From contig OZ024741.1 of the NCBI GenBank assembly GCA_964016885.1, forward strand, positions 355,942,001-356,006,000: a stretch of 64,000 nt of DNA, in the 5' to 3' direction. This document shows, piece by piece, positions 40,569 through 55,354 of the stretch. A model generated the notes under the pieces. It had not been told where the DNA came from, did not search any database, and saw only the letters and a list, made by a program, of their open reading frames with translations. A program made the position numbers and the translations under genes. Source of the stretch: Eledone cirrhosa. Its lineage: Eukaryota. Each line of letters starts with the position of its first letter. Position 1 is the first letter of the stretch.

Positions 40569-41521
40569 GTGAGGTTTTTTTTTTTTTTTTTTTTTTTTAC
40601 TAAATGAAAAATAACCGAGGTGTCCTACACGAGTGAAAGTATAAAGAAAAAGAGATGAAATCGAAAATGCAACTGGAGTCTTATTTTTTTTTTAAATATA
40701 TATATTTATTTGGTTCCTTTACCGGTTTCGCAGTTCTTCTGCTTTTCAAAAGGTGAGTTGAGATGTAGGGTCTGTGGTTTTTCTCACATCTGGTTGGTCT
40801 CTGAATGTTACTTGTTTTATATGGAAAAAGTGGCTCGAAATGCCAGGTTTCTCGGGAAGTAATTTGATTGGTTTGTCAATAATTATAATAAATTTCGCGC
40901 CAGTTCGCGTTACAATAGTTCTTCAAATAAGAGGGGGGTTTGTCACGTGAACAAGTTTTCATTAAATTTTCGTGCCCTTATTTGGAAATCCATTCTGTAG
41001 CCTTTTTAGAGAATTTTATGATAAGTGAAAGATAATGGTCAAGAGAAAGGGATGGGAGAATTGTTCTGGTTCAGTGAATATGGTTAGTTCGCTGGGGTGT
41101 CAGAATTCAGATTTTCTATTGAATAAAGAAAGTAAAGATATGTATGTTTATTTGTGTGCTTGTGTGTGTGTGCGTGTGTGTGTTGTGTGTGTATGTGTTT
41201 GAATTTCTTTACTTTAAAAAAAGGTGGCTCACGAAGGCTTTTTTTTAATAAACGTGATTTGATTGATTATAAATGAAATTTGGTTGTCACGTGAACAAGT
41301 TTTCATTAAATTTTCGCGCCCTTATTTGGAAATCTATTCTGTAGCCTTTATAGAGAATGTTATGACAAGGGAAAGATAGTGGTCAAGAGAAATGGGATTG
41401 GGAAAATTGTTCTGGTTCAGTGAATATGGTTAGTTCGCTGGGGTGTCAGAGTTCAGATTTTCTATTGAAGTAAAGATGTGTATGTTTATTTGTGTGCTTG
41501 TGTGTGTATGTGTATGTGTGT

Positions 41522-41604
<83 letters not shown>

Positions 41605-41729
41605 TATGTATGTTCGTGTATGTGTGTATTGGAAGATGATTCTATTAGTAGAAATGGGGGAGGGAGTTGTGTGTGTGTATATATGGGTGTTATGTGTGTG
41701 GGAGTATGGTTAGCATGTTAAGATGAAGA

Positions 41730-41764
<35 letters not shown>

Positions 41765-42452
41765 GTGTGTGTGTGTGTGTAGGAAAATGATTCCTTTAGT
41801 AGGAATATTTTTGAATGAACATATTTTCCTTACTTATTCGTATTTGTTCTGTTGTATTGTCAGTGCAAACGTATGTTAAGGTTTATTTAGTTCGAGTTTT
41901 TATTTTCTAAAGTAGAAGGTGTTATGTGTGTGTGTATATGTCATATTATGGTGTTGACATAATGTATATTAAACCATATTTAATGCTGGTCTATATTTTT
42001 GAATAAACATATTTTCCTTATTTATTCGTATTTGTTCTGTTATATCGTTAGCGCAAAGGTAAAATGGGAAGACTTGGAATTTGGGTGTCTTATTACTTGC
42101 GCAAATGTCTAGATGTGCACTTAGTGGTATCTGTCTCGTGGTTGGATCTCGTAATTGTTGGTGATGAACTGTCATTCTGTTTCTGAGTGTGAGTTTAGTT
42201 TGTCCTATATAATCTTCATTGCATCCTTTACATTTAATGGCATAAATTAGATTTTTTGATGAGCAAGTGAAGTGATTTTTTACAGTAAAATTTTGTCCTG
42301 ATTTAAATGTATACGTGTTGCCTTCAATGAGGTGAGTGCAGGTTCCACAATTAGAGCGACCACATTTTTTGATACTTGGTTGTGGGTTTGTGGTAGGTAA
42401 TTTGGCATTGGTGAGTAATGTTTTCAGTGATTTTGGTTGTCTTTTGCTTTTG
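40565..42452 (-). mobile_element. Penelope-like element (Neptune-like) 3' part: GIY-YIG domain plus 3' repeat
   Basis: Minus-strand peptide KCGRSNCGTC..NLIYAIKCKGC..YIGQT..RNRMTVH..HL..ENMFIQKYRPALN (41969-42450); internal duplication 40935-41190/41280-41500; HHR near the 3' end. Confidence 0.8.
40716..40753 (-). ncRNA. Minimal hammerhead ribozyme, U3:A8 core variant
   Basis: CCUU-UUGAAAA-GCAG(AAGAA)CUGC-GAA-ACCGGU-A-AAGG. Confidence 0.7.
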
Positions 42453-42585
42453 CGTCCGAAACGTTAAGACCGTCTTCCTGCTATATCACGCGTTAACCTA
42501 ATATATCCCTTCTATATACTGAACCGATTGTGTTGTTATTTCTGTTTACCTTTTACATACATACATATATATATATATATATGTA

Positions 42586-42661
<76 letters not shown>

Positions 42662-42666
42662 CGTGC

Positions 42667-42752
<86 letters not shown>

Positions 42753-43583
42753 CTTAATTTACAACATTGTAATGCAATTGTCTCTAATACGTAGCCATCT
42801 CAATGAAAGGACAATATATATTATCAAATTAATAAACTAATAATCCACTCAGACAAGTATTAAAGTTTATTAAATGTAAGCCCAAATCTCACTGGTGGTG
42901 GTGGTGGTGGTGGAGGGGAGGGGGTATAAGTAATAATGGCTACGAAAAAATCAGTTTTAACCATGGTTTCAAAACCTCGAGATACAGTAGCTAAAATTTC
43001 AAGACATTGGAATAACCAATACTGGAAGAATTGAAGTTTTATCATCAGGAGGCAAATTCTTCATAAGAATAAAGGGACAAGTAGAAACATTATGATACAT
43101 ACCAATTCACTGCTTGATCTTATAGGTAAACAATGTGTTGTATCATTGAATTGCCGTATGAATATATTTTACCCAACGGGACTAGCTAAATATATATCAT
43201 GTAATCATACCGCTTATAAACCACATGGGAATGCAAAATGAAACAATATTGAAATACCGTATGGAAATTTTCTACTCAGTGTATCAGGACAATACGACGG
43301 GCCTATATTGACGCTAGCAATAACAGCCAAAATACCGTCTAAATCAGCTCAAAACAACGATGGAGCAGTCATTATTAATTTATAACCGCCGAGGTTAACT
43401 TTGCCTTTCATCCTTACGGGGTCGATATATTAAAGTACCAGTAATGTACTGAGGAAATTGATGGCCTTGTGCCAATAGTAGAAACAATTATTAATTTATA
43501 ACCCTGCAAAGTTAACTGTCTCTAATTCAGTTGATTTCATATACATATATATATATATACAGATTGTTTTATAGATGCATTCG

Positions 43584-44368
<785 letters not shown>

Positions 44369-44370
<2 letters not shown>

Positions 44371-44532
44371 AAATAGTAGAAAGGAAAAAGATTTTTTCAG
44401 TAGAAAAGGTTGACGTCATTTTTTCAGTGAAATATCAAAACATTAATTTATTTACAATACCGGTTTCAGTATTATATGCATTGTCAAATGCTGATATGCA
44501 GAATATTGTTAAGTTGCATATTTGTACAAATA
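44369..44532 (-). repeat. Left arm of an inverted repeat (partner 53703-53839), containing a decayed HHR at 44454-44491
   Basis: Reverse-complement match by inspection. Confidence 0.85.
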
Positions 44533-44571
44533 ATGCTTTCTATATTTGTACAAATAATAATAATAATAATA

Positions 44572-47500
44572 AGAAGAAGAAGAAGGAATGGGACAAGAAC
44601 CAACTGGACGAAAGAATTGAATAGAACTGTCATGAAATGTTATCTAAAGAGTAACCCCATAGAAAAAGGCTATAGGAAACGGATGCATAACATCTGGAAC
44701 GAGATTGGTCTATTTAAATTAGGTGAACAAAAATTGGCCGGTCAGGCTCGTGTAATAAGAACTAATGGATGGAACTAGAGGAACTGAGCAGAGAGATTGA
44801 GTTCGAACTGGTGAGTGGGATATATCAGGCAGATGAGCAAGTGGGAAATGAAGGTGAAGAGGTGGAGAGGCCTGAGGAAGCAACCGAAGCAGACAATGAT
44901 CTGAATGCTAGAATAAATAACATCTGGAACAAAGGTACGGCCATTGAGGAAATGAATGCTGACGGGTTAGGGCAATATTTTGTTGATATTCTGAAATTAG
45001 CGGTAGATGAAATGAACAGTGATAGTGGAAAGCGTATGAACCTAAGATTTGTAGACAGGAAAAAGTTAAAAGAAACGGCAGCTAAGGTAAACAAAGTCAT
45101 CCCATACCTTGAGGCGAGGAGCCTTCACCAGTGCAACAATATCCTCAAAGCAACAGCAAATGCGGTGAGGAAATTACTTGGCATAAAAGCGAGAGGAAAC
45201 AACAAACAAGAAAGATCAGAACCTTGGTGGAAGAAACGACTGAATGGTCAAATCAGGGAAATGAGAAATGACATTGGAAAGCGTGAGTCCCTACTGAATG
45301 GGACACTAAAAAACATAGACACTAAAAATAGACTGGAAATAAAGTACAAAACTAGAAGGAAAAAGCTAAATATTATCATAGAGGAACTGAAGCAACGCAT
45401 TGTAGCAAAGAGTGCAAAAATTAGGCGATACGAGAACAGAGTCAGTCGGTATAGACAGCACCGCATGTTTGACAACAACCAGAAGATGCTGTTTGGACAG
45501 CTTGTAGGGAAAGAAAGAGGCAACGACTTGATCCCTGAGGCAGAATAAATTAATACATTCTTGAGAGGAATATGGGAGCAGGATATTAAACATAATGACC
45601 AGGCAGTGTGGATTGAGACAGTACAAAAGGAGATTAGTGAACAGGCACACCAACAAACTGATTTGAGTATCACAGTTGAAACTCTTAAGGGGCAGGCCAA
45701 AAAACTAACCAACTGGAAATCATCAGGCCCAGATGGTGTGCAGGGGTATTGGATTAAAAATATAACATCCCTCCACCCGAAACTGACAACCATGTTCAAT
45801 GACTACTTGATGTCAGGTGAGGTACCAGAGTGGTTGACAAAAGGTACCACAGTTCTGGTAATGAAAGACCGAATCAAGGATAATGATGTTACCAACTATA
45901 GACCTATCACATGTCTGTCCGTAATGTGGAAACTATTGACAAGCATTGTGTCTGAGAAAATCTACCATCACCTCCACACAAACAACTTGTTACCGGACGA
46001 ACGAAAAGGATGCCGAAAGAAGCCCCGTGGTACAAAGGACTAGTTACTTATTGATAAGATGGTAATGAGGAATTGCAAGAGAAGACATACTGGTCTTGCC
46101 ATGGGATGGATAGACTACAAAAAGGCATTTGACATGGTGCCTCATTCTTGGATCACCAAAAGCCTAGAGATCTTCAAGGTGGAAGATAACATCAGACAGT
46201 TGTTGAGCAAAAGTATGAAGTCCTGGAAAACAGAGTTAACATCAGCTGGAGAATCCTTGGGAGGCGTGAAGATCAAGAGAGGTATCTTCCAGGGAGATAG
46301 TCTGTCCCCTCTGTTGTTTGTCCTTGCTCTGATGCCCCTGACCAGTATACTGCGAAAAGTGAGAGCAGGATACAAGTTGGGAAAGGGAGAGCATACCATC
46401 AATCACCTCCTCTTCATGGACGATTTTAAGCTCTTCTGGAAGAGTGAGACGGAGTTGGATGTGCTTGTTGACACTTTCCGTATTTTCAGCAATGATATAT
46501 GTATGCAATTTGGTATTAGTAAGTGTGGAATCCTTGTGATGAAGAGGGGTAAATTGAACAGAAGCAACGGAATCCAGGTACCAACAGGTGAGATGATAAA
46601 GGAAATTGACACTGAAGAAGGATACAAGTATTTGGGTGTTCTGGAAGCTGATGACATCAAGAACAAAAAAATGAAGGAATTGATAAAATCTGAATACATT
46701 CGGAGAGTAAGGAGCGTATTAAAGTCACATCTGAACAGTAGGAATGCCATAAGTGCAGTAAATTCCCGAGCTGTGTCTATTATTAGGTACAGTGCGGGAA
46801 TTCTGAGATGGAATGTTGCTGAACAAAATGAAATGGATAGGAAGACGAGGAATCTATTGACTATATACAACATGTTCCACAAGAGGAGTGATATCGATAG
46901 ACTCTACTTAAGGAGTTCTGAAGGTGGAAGAGGTCTTATCAGCATAGAGGACTGTGTTCAGATGAAGAAAAACAACCTACACAAATACGTGACTGATAGT
47001 AAGGAGCCAATGCTCAGAATTGTACTGAAGGAGAGGACAATATACCAGGGGATGTCCAAGGAGGAAATAACAAAGAGGAGAAAGAGCAGCCTTCATGAAA
47101 AATCCCTTCATAGTACCTTCTTTGAGAAAATTGAACTCAGAGATCCACAGACATGGAACTGGTTGAAAAGAGGAGACCTTAAAAAGGCTACAGAAGGACT
47201 GCTAATGGCTGCGCAAGAGCAGGCCCTCAAAACGAAGTGACTGAAACACCATATTTACAAGGAGGAGGCAAGCCCACTGTGCAGGATCTGTCGAGAGAGA
47301 GAGGAGACTGTGGCTCACATTGTATCCGAGTGGAAACACCTAGTCCAAACTCACTATAAAGGCTGGAGACATGATGTGATGGGCAGGGTGATCCACTGGC
47401 ACCTATGCAAAGTAAACAATTTACCAGATTCTGAGAAGTGGTATGAACATAAGCCAGAGTCGGTGATAGAAAACGATCAGGTGAAGGTGCTATGGGATTT

Positions 47501-47925
47501 TAGGATACAGACGGACAAGAAACTGGAACACAATAGACCTGACCTGGTGGTTTTGGACAAGAAAAAAAAGATCGTGCCTGATTGTGGATGTGGCCTGCCC
47601 ATTCGACACGAGAGTGCAAGAGAAGAAGAGGGAGAAAATTAACCGATACCAGGACTTAAAGTGGGAGGTAAAAAGGATTTGGAACTGCCATGAAGTCAAA
47701 GTGGTCCAGATTGTCATAGGCGCACTAGGTACTATCTCAAAAAGTTTCCAGGGATGGTTAAAGAAAATTGGCCCCGCCACGCTTTTTGGAACACTTCTAA
47801 AGGCATGCTTGCTGGGAACAGCAAGAACCCTCCGATACGTCCTGAATATCTGAGGCTGCAGGTAGTGGCTTGATATTCATTTCAACAAACTTTCCAGTTA
47901 ACTAACATCAATGACTGAGACTCAA
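44572..47925 (+). mobile_element. R4/Dong-like family A, slightly 5'-truncated, with stops and a frameshift
   Basis: ORFs 44769..45548, 45561..46043, 46059..47240, 47310..47853 (RT, CCHC, RLE); starts directly after (TAA)n. Confidence 0.92.
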
Positions 47926-47939
47926 AGAACAATATGGGC

Positions 47940-48218
47940 ATTTCTGCGTGTAAAAAAAAACAGAGGATGTAATAAAAAATAACAATGAAAAATTCCCCAA
48001 TAGGGGGGAGACTTGCGAGGGACATTTGTGGCGAAAGCCCATTAAAAGGCCACAGTGACCCTGACCACCAGGGCAAGTGCCCTCTCCCAGTTTTCCACCT
48101 TTAATTTACAGACAGATACTCAGAGTAGGCCCATTCACTCGGGCCATACTTGCTTCTCTCACCCATCTTTCAACAAAATGCTGGGAAGAGAGCACTTCCC
48201 TCTCTACCCTGATTTGAA
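47940..48218 (-). mobile_element. 3' fragment of a diverged Tx1-like element
   Basis: Similar to the Tx1 ORF2 end and 3'UTR (CCCTATTGGGGAATTTTTC). Confidence 0.65.
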
Positions 48219-48243
48219 AAGAAATAATAATAATAATAATAAT

Positions 48244-51200
48244 GTGATTTCTTTATTGGACACAAGGGCTGACATTAAGAAAAACATTACAGATGGCACA
48301 GGACGGTACAGGACGGTACGATGTGTCTTTTGTGCGTGTAAATATTTTTATTATTTATATAAGAAAAGAAGAAAAAAAGGACATAGAAACATATATTTCT
48401 ATATATAAACAATAAAAATGAAAATTGAAACTATGAAAAATTCCCCAACAGGGGGGAAACCTCCGAGGGTTACTCGTGGCGAAAACCACACAAAAGACCA
48501 CGGCCACTCTGAGCACCAGGGCAAGTGCCCTCTCTCAATTTTTTCCATTTCTCAAACTACAGGCGTATATTTAGAGCGGTGCCGTTCACTCGGACCATTC
48601 TCGCTACATTCACCCACCTTTCAACAAACTTGCTAGAAAGCAGCACTTGCCTCTCCACCCTGATTTTCCTCTTCAAGTGAAACATGAAAAAGTTAATTAG
48701 TGATACGCCGAAGAGAAAAGTATATGTCTTTAACCCTTTCAACCTTGTCCACCACACAATCTCTTTCGCCATGGCCACCAAGCAGATGAAAACCGCCTGC
48801 CCTTCCTCCTCGAAGGAAGACGGCGAGACCATCTGCACAATGGACTCAGTCGATAACCGGATCAGTCCTACACGCGACAGCAACTGTTCGACATAGCTCC
48901 ACAAGTCAGCAATTCTCGGGCACTGAACGAGTGCGTGCACGACAGTTTCGTCGCCCTGCGCGCATCTCGGACAGGCTCGGCTGACGGCACTTCCATGCCT
49001 GTAGAGCTTATCTCGAACCGGCAACGCTCCACGGTAGCACTGCGAGGCCAGGGATTTTTGGAAGTTATCTATAGGCCCTGGGCTGAAAGTTCTCCGGAAG
49101 AGAGCAAACAGCTGATTTTCTTCGATGCCCAGGATCACTTCGAGAACGTCATCGCTCTTCCCCTCCACTAGTCCTCTATAGAACGCCGAGGTGGATGTTC
49201 CACCGATACTGGTGCCCAGCTGGCAGAGGGCATTGAGCACCTGGAGACATTCCAGTTTCCAAGCGCTATGCCTCGGTCTTTTCCTGACCCAGGACTGCAG
49301 CTCCGTCAAGGAGACGAGCTCTGGGAAAACGTGCCTGGCGAACGGCGACCACACCTGTTCACCGTCAAGGAAGCACCAGAGATGTCGCAGCCTCAGCGCA
49401 TGTTTGCGCATTATCAGCCATGGCATGCCCAGTCCTCCACGCAACGGGTATTGACAGCAGATGGATCGTCTGACCATGGGAGCGCGTCCCTTCCACAAAA
49501 AGCGGAAGAGCAGGCGCTCCATTTTGGTGAGAGTTGGGCCGGGGCAAGGGACGACGGTGATGTGGTAGCAGATGACGGATGCGATGTACGCATTCGCCAC
49601 CTCCGCCCGGCCTTTCAGTGACAGCTTCCTCTCGGCCCATTTCTGGGCGAGGGAGGCCACCTTTCTCGTCACCCCGCTCCAGTTTTTCTCCATCTGGAGG
49701 TCCGGTCCGAACCAGACCCCGAGCAATTTAACCGGTCCGTCCGTCCAACGCCCCACGACGCTGTCGGACGGCATGAACTTGCCCCTCCAGGTGCCGAGCT
49801 GCAAGCCCACCGGCTTTTCCTAGTTTATCTTTGCTCCTGTCACCGCTTCGTATTCCTTGAGAGCGGTGCCGAGCATCTGGACGTGTTTGGTGCTCGTCAC
49901 CAGCACGGTGACGTCGTCGACGTAAGCTGACACGGATCTCCCGCATCCCAGTTCACGTGGGACGCCCCTCATCGTCTCCAATTTGTGTAGTAAAGGCTCT
50001 AGGGCCAGTACGTACAAGAGGGACGAGAGGGGGCAACCCTGGCGGACCGAGCGCATGATGCTGAAAGGCTGCGACAGGTGACCATTCACCCTCACAATCG
50101 AGCAGATGTCGTTGTGCATCGCAGCGATCCAGCCCCTAAAAATGGGCCCGAAGCCGGCCGCCTCGAGTACCGCAGCCAGGTACCGATGGTCGACCCTATC
50201 AAATGCTTTAGATTGATCCAAGTTGATCAGGGCCCCACCCGTGCCAGGTTCCTTTACCACCCTCTCTATAATGTATCGCATGAGATGGAGGTTGTCGTGG
50301 GTGGATCTATCCGGGATGGCGCATGTATGCGCCTCTCCCACCAGATCACCGACGACAAGCGCCAATCTCTTTGCTAACACCTTGGCTAAAATCTTAAACT
50401 CCACGTTTAACAGAGTTATGGGCCTGAAGTTGTCTATAACGTCCCCCCTGTTCGGGTCTTTTCTCAGCAGCGTCACCGCCCCGGCTCACAAAACTGGGAA
50501 TGCTCCCGTTCTGCTGCCAGTTGCAGTAGACATCTGCCAAGAGGTCGCCGAACAAGTCTGGCATATACGCATAAAGCTCGTAGGGAAGACCATCCAAACC
50601 TGGCGATTTACCCCTCGTGCAGTCAGACATCGCGCCCCGTATTTCACGTGCTGTTATCGGCTTTTCGCAGCACTGCGCTGCGGTCGTCGAGAGCCGCGGC
50701 AGTCCGTCGAGGTATGCACCGAAGTCCATACTCCGATCCGGCCCGCCGCCGCTCCCGAACAATTGAGCAAAGTGCTGTTGAAAAGCCGCACACATCTGCT
50801 CGGGTTCGAGCAACATGCGCCCGTTTTGATCAGGCAAAGACCGAATTGTGGACTGATAACGCAGCCTTCATGCTTTGCGTTGAAGAATTGATCGAGTGCC
50901 AATATCGCTGCAAGCACGTCAGTTGCGATGCCTGTCCTAAACGCCTCTTCTAGCTTTCTAACTAACTCTCCCTCTACTCTATTTTCCTCTATTACTACTC
51001 CTTTGCTAAACCTTATCGATTCTACTATAATAGCCCTTTTCAGGGTAAACCACCATCTGTTGTTGACGATCGCACCCGTCAACGCACGCTAAATTAATTC
51101 GCTAATCCGGTCTCTGTAAGCTTTGCGCGCCGGGAACGACGCGTTCAGCTTCCAGTATCCGGGCCCTTGCCTATGAAGTCTATCTAAGTCAACTTCACAG

Positions 51201-53590
51201 ATCACACATTTGTAGTTTGTGTAGTCGACTATTTTAAATTGTGGACAACTTATACTAGCCTTATCTAGTTCCCTGCAGAATACCCTATCGAGATACGATC
51301 TGGATGACCCGATGCGGTTTGCCCATGTCCATATTGGCACATTCGGATAATCCAGTCTATGCCTGTCAGACAGTTCAAAACGTCTGAGCAGGTTGTTGAG
51401 GCTTTTACACCCTTCTGCCCTGTCTACTATCCCCACATAATCCAAGCATACATCTAAGATACTGTTCCAGTCGCCCACTAACACTAAATAGCGGGACGTT
51501 CCAAGAAAGGTCTCTAGACGTCTGAAGAAATCTGGCCGTCCTGCCCCTGTTGGGGCGTAGACGGCTACTAGCCTGAAAGCATTGCCTTTGCTGCCGGTCA
51601 GGTCCAGCACCACCGACTTATCTTCTGGGTCCAGGAAGATGGCCCGTATGGCGAGATCCAAGCCTCTCCGAAAAAGCACGGCAACCCCTCCCCTGGACGG
51701 CTGGGACATGCGTATACATCGTAGCCGCCGAAGATCGGTGCGAAGGCTCGTGCTTCGGAGATTCTGGTCTCGCTGATGGCCACCACATCTATGTTTAGTG
51801 ACCTGAGGTCGTTGAGCAGGTGACCCTGCTTCCAAGATGACCCCAAGCCACGTACATTTATACTGCCTATTCTAAGTACGGCCATGTTGGATGAGAAACG
51901 GGGTAAGTGAGAAAGGATCACTTACCATGATCGTGTGGTGAAGGGACAGTAGAACCGTCCCTTTGGCTGGTCATGGGTGTTTCCAAGAGGATGTCGGTGT
52001 ATATCTTCTTGGTAACCGACCCTCTGAAGTCTCCAACAGCGGTGGGGAATTTTTGCTTTAAAAGTATGTAATGTTCTATTGAGATTTCAATGATGCTTAT
52101 GTTTGTCGGGAGAGTTCTAGGTGTTGGTGGGGTGTAGTAGTTTTTTTGTGATGTCTGTGTGCTGCTTTATGTGTTGTAGGAGTTCTTTATTTGCCATATG
52201 TATGGCTGTGTACTTTTGAGGGGAAGGGGCGATTTTGTTGCTGTTTTCATGTTGTTGCTGTTGGGTGTGTGTGTTTTGTTGTGTTTGCGATGTTGGTGTT
52301 TTTGGTGGTGGTGGTGTGGTTGTTGTTGGTGGTGATGCTTGTGGTGGTGATAGTGATGGTGGTGGTGTTGCTGCAAGTCTCCTTGCAGCCTTTACCCCTC
52401 TTTGTCTGCCTTCGCTTTTGGAAGGTGAAGCTAAGGGGCTTTTTGCTCCGGCGATTTTACCGCTGGCGCAGCTACTGCGACAGTTGGTGTTACCGCCACT
52501 GCTGCCGCTGCTTTAGTTGTCCATGGCCTTGGTATGGGTGCCACAGACGTTGCCATCCTACTCACTATGGAAGGGTCTTCTGCTTATGTTTCCTGCCCTG
52601 CTCTTGGTAGCAGCGGATCAGGCGTCGGAAAGAGGGGGGGCTCTTCTTGGATGTCTTCAGCGGGCAGAAGGCCCTGAGGTGACCCTTCTGCCCACAGAGA
52701 TAGCACTTTGGGCGTCTTCCTTCCACGCTTATAGGGAGATGAAGCCCTTCTTCGAGGTCTATGAGGTCTGGGATGGCCTCGATGCACTCCTGGTCAGTCT
52801 GTATTAGCATTTGCATGCCTATTCCTGACCAGTTCTCTCTTCCCATTCTGAGTATTTGCAGTATGGTGGTCTTCTCCTCGATTCCAGCCAGTACAGACGA
52901 GGCCAGCCAAGGTATGGGCACGTCGGGCGGGACCTGGGTCACTTTGACCCTCACAATTTTCTGCCAGCAGTAGGAGGGCACCAAGACTATCTCCTCACTC
53001 TTTAGGGTTTCCAAATAGTGAGACTTCGCCTCTTGGGGGGGTGGCGAAAAATACGTCTACTGTGCCGTACTTTTTGCCTCGGGTGATGTGGGTTTTGCGC
53101 GCCCAGAAGTACCCCAATGCCTTTTGGATTTGAGGTCCGTGGCTCTCTCCACCCGATGCGACATTTTGCTTACGGTGCGGTAAGTCACCGTGCGCAGTTG
53201 CTGGTCTTTGAAGAAATCGGGTGGAGATTTCAGGGAAACTCTATTGCCGTTTCTCGACACCATGGCTCTTGCGACTGCCATCTCCTCCTCAGTGACTAGC
53301 ACTGTTTCTATATTTCGGGCCACACCTGCGAAAGAAGAGGTCCCTTTTTCAGCGGCACCATTATTGCTGCTGCTACTGGTCTTGTTGTTGGTGTTGTTGC
53401 TGTTGCTACTGCTACGAACGGTGTTGTTGGTGTTGTTGCTGTTATCAATGTTGTAGTTGGTTGTGTTTTGGTGCCACCGTTGTTGTTGTTTTCGGTGCAA
53501 TTTGTATTGTTGCTGTTGGTGTTGTCGTTGTTTATTTTCTTGTTAGTGGTGTTAATATCGTTGTTGCATTTGTTGTCATTTTTTTCTGTT
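48244..53590 (-). mobile_element. Tx1/L1-clade element, near full length, degraded
   Basis: ORF1 pieces (KCYLCGQKGHLRAFCP), APE 51089..51921, RT 49820..50837 (AYVDD), C-terminal CPRC..ETVVHALVQC; (TTA)n at both ends on the sense strand. Confidence 0.92.
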
Positions 53591-53743
53591 AATAATAATA
53601 ATCAACCAAGCTATAAAGATGGACAGAGAAATGAACTCTCTTCTCTGTATGTGGAAAATCAATTTTTCTTCCCCTTGTGTCATTTATTATTATTATTATC
53701 ACTATTTGTACAAATATGCAACTTAACAATATTCTGCATATCG

Positions 53744-53781
53744 GCAATTGACAATGCATATAATGCTGAAACCGGTATTGT
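53744..53781 (+). ncRNA. Minimal hammerhead-like motif, U3:A8 variant, in the right inverted-repeat arm
   Basis: GCAA-UUGACAA-UGCA(UAUAA)UGCU-GAA-ACCGGU-A-UUGU; the first stem II position is U-U. Confidence 0.55.
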
Positions 53782-53876
53782 AAATAAATTAATGTTTTGA
53801 TATTTCACTGAAAAAATATTTTTCCTTTCTACTATTTGTATTTTTATATATCAACTCGTGTGCTACCTTTCTACAT

Positions 53877-53918
<42 letters not shown>

Positions 53919-53921
<3 letters not shown>

Positions 53922-54060
53922 CTTCAAAATATTAATAAATATAGACATTCATGTGATCAAATATATTTTATTATAATATATCAAATATATTTTATTATAA
54001 TAATATAATAAAATATATTTGATCACATGAATGTCTATATTTATTAATATTTTGAAGTAA
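53919..54060. repeat. Palindrome made from the PLE 3'-end sequence also seen at 31615-31665
   Basis: About 54-bp inverted arms by inspection. Confidence 0.85.
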
Positions 54061-54163
54061 TATTAATAACTCCAGAAAACCTCGCTGTTGAGTGCTTCTA
54101 ATCTATTGTAAAACTGTATTCATTGATTAATCAATGAATCTTGTTAAACTTATATATATATAT

Positions 54164-54377
54164 ATATTTATTAAAATAACAGATTAAAGTTTAAGCAAAG
54201 AATCGCTGCTTTCACCCTTAACGGGATCTTCTGAAACTAACAAAGTCAATCTGTAAACGCAGAAGTGGATATCCACTTCTGCGTTTACAGATTGACTTTG
54301 TTAGTTTCAGAAGATCCGGTAAAGAGTGAAAGCAGCGATTCTTTGCTTAAACTTTAATCTGTTATTTTAATAAATAT
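54164..54377. repeat. Spacer-less 107-bp-arm palindrome (related single arm at 63780-63961)
   Basis: Centre GGAT|ATCC at 54270/54271; about 3 mismatches. Confidence 0.9.
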
Positions 54378-54447
54378 TTGCTCTACGGTTCTTATATATT
54401 TGATATATATTTACCCTTTGGATTTTAGTCTTCAAATTTATTATTAT

Positions 54448-54502
<55 letters not shown>

Positions 54503-54636
54503 TTGGAAATAGCATGGAAAATATATTTTAAGGCCTGTTTTCCTTTTTTTCCTTTCTTTGATTCGTCAAAGTGACATTATTGAAAAAATGGGAGGGATAA
54601 TTCTTTTAAAAAAGAGTTTTATAATGTATATAAAGT

Positions 54637-54678
54637 ATAACCGGTTTCGATGTATTTGTAAAATTCATCTTATCAAAT
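54637..54678 (-). ncRNA. Hammerhead-like motif, U3:A8 variant, weak stem I
   Basis: UUGAUAA-GAUG..CAUC-GAA-ACCGGU-U. Confidence 0.5.
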
Positions 54679-55296
54679 GTTGAGTATTACAACTTAAAAA
54701 AATTAATAAAAAAACTAAAAATTAAAGATTTAATATTGAGAGGTAAGTTTTTTTCATCTTCCTTGTTGATTCTGCTATTATTTATATTCTTGATATGATA
54801 TTTTTGCTACAATATTTTTATTGTGATTTTTTAATATAAATAATTGTTAATAATCCGTATATATATATCATATACATCAGAATACTTATATTATAGCTTT
54901 AAAACAAATTTTCTTTATAATATGCTATTACTATCTTTTCATTATAATTATTTTACTATAATGTTCTTTTGCTCTTACTCTTTAATATTTTGCAACTGAC
55001 ACTAACAATTATAATTAATCTTCTCCCATATAATGTATCTTACTGAATGTTCTAATGATTAGGAATTTATTTGTTTTAACATGTTATATGGCCCGATAAT
55101 TCCAGACCTATGTCTGGAAGAAACGATCGTTAGCAATCAAATGCTTTAAAACAAAATTTGATTGTTAACTATATTGTATTTCTGCTCTGTAGTATATCTG
55201 ATATTTTACATTGAGCTAATTATCTTACTGGTAATCGGGTAATACACAATATTACCCTTATCTTATTTATAATTATATATATAAGTATAACTAATA

Positions 55297-55351
<55 letters not shown>

Positions 55352-55354
<3 letters not shown>

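Noticed and set aside
55093-55136. Hammerhead-like motif with a perfect 8-bp stem II and ACGAUCGU palindrome
   Set aside because: The core reads CCGAUAA and stem I does not pair; decayed.
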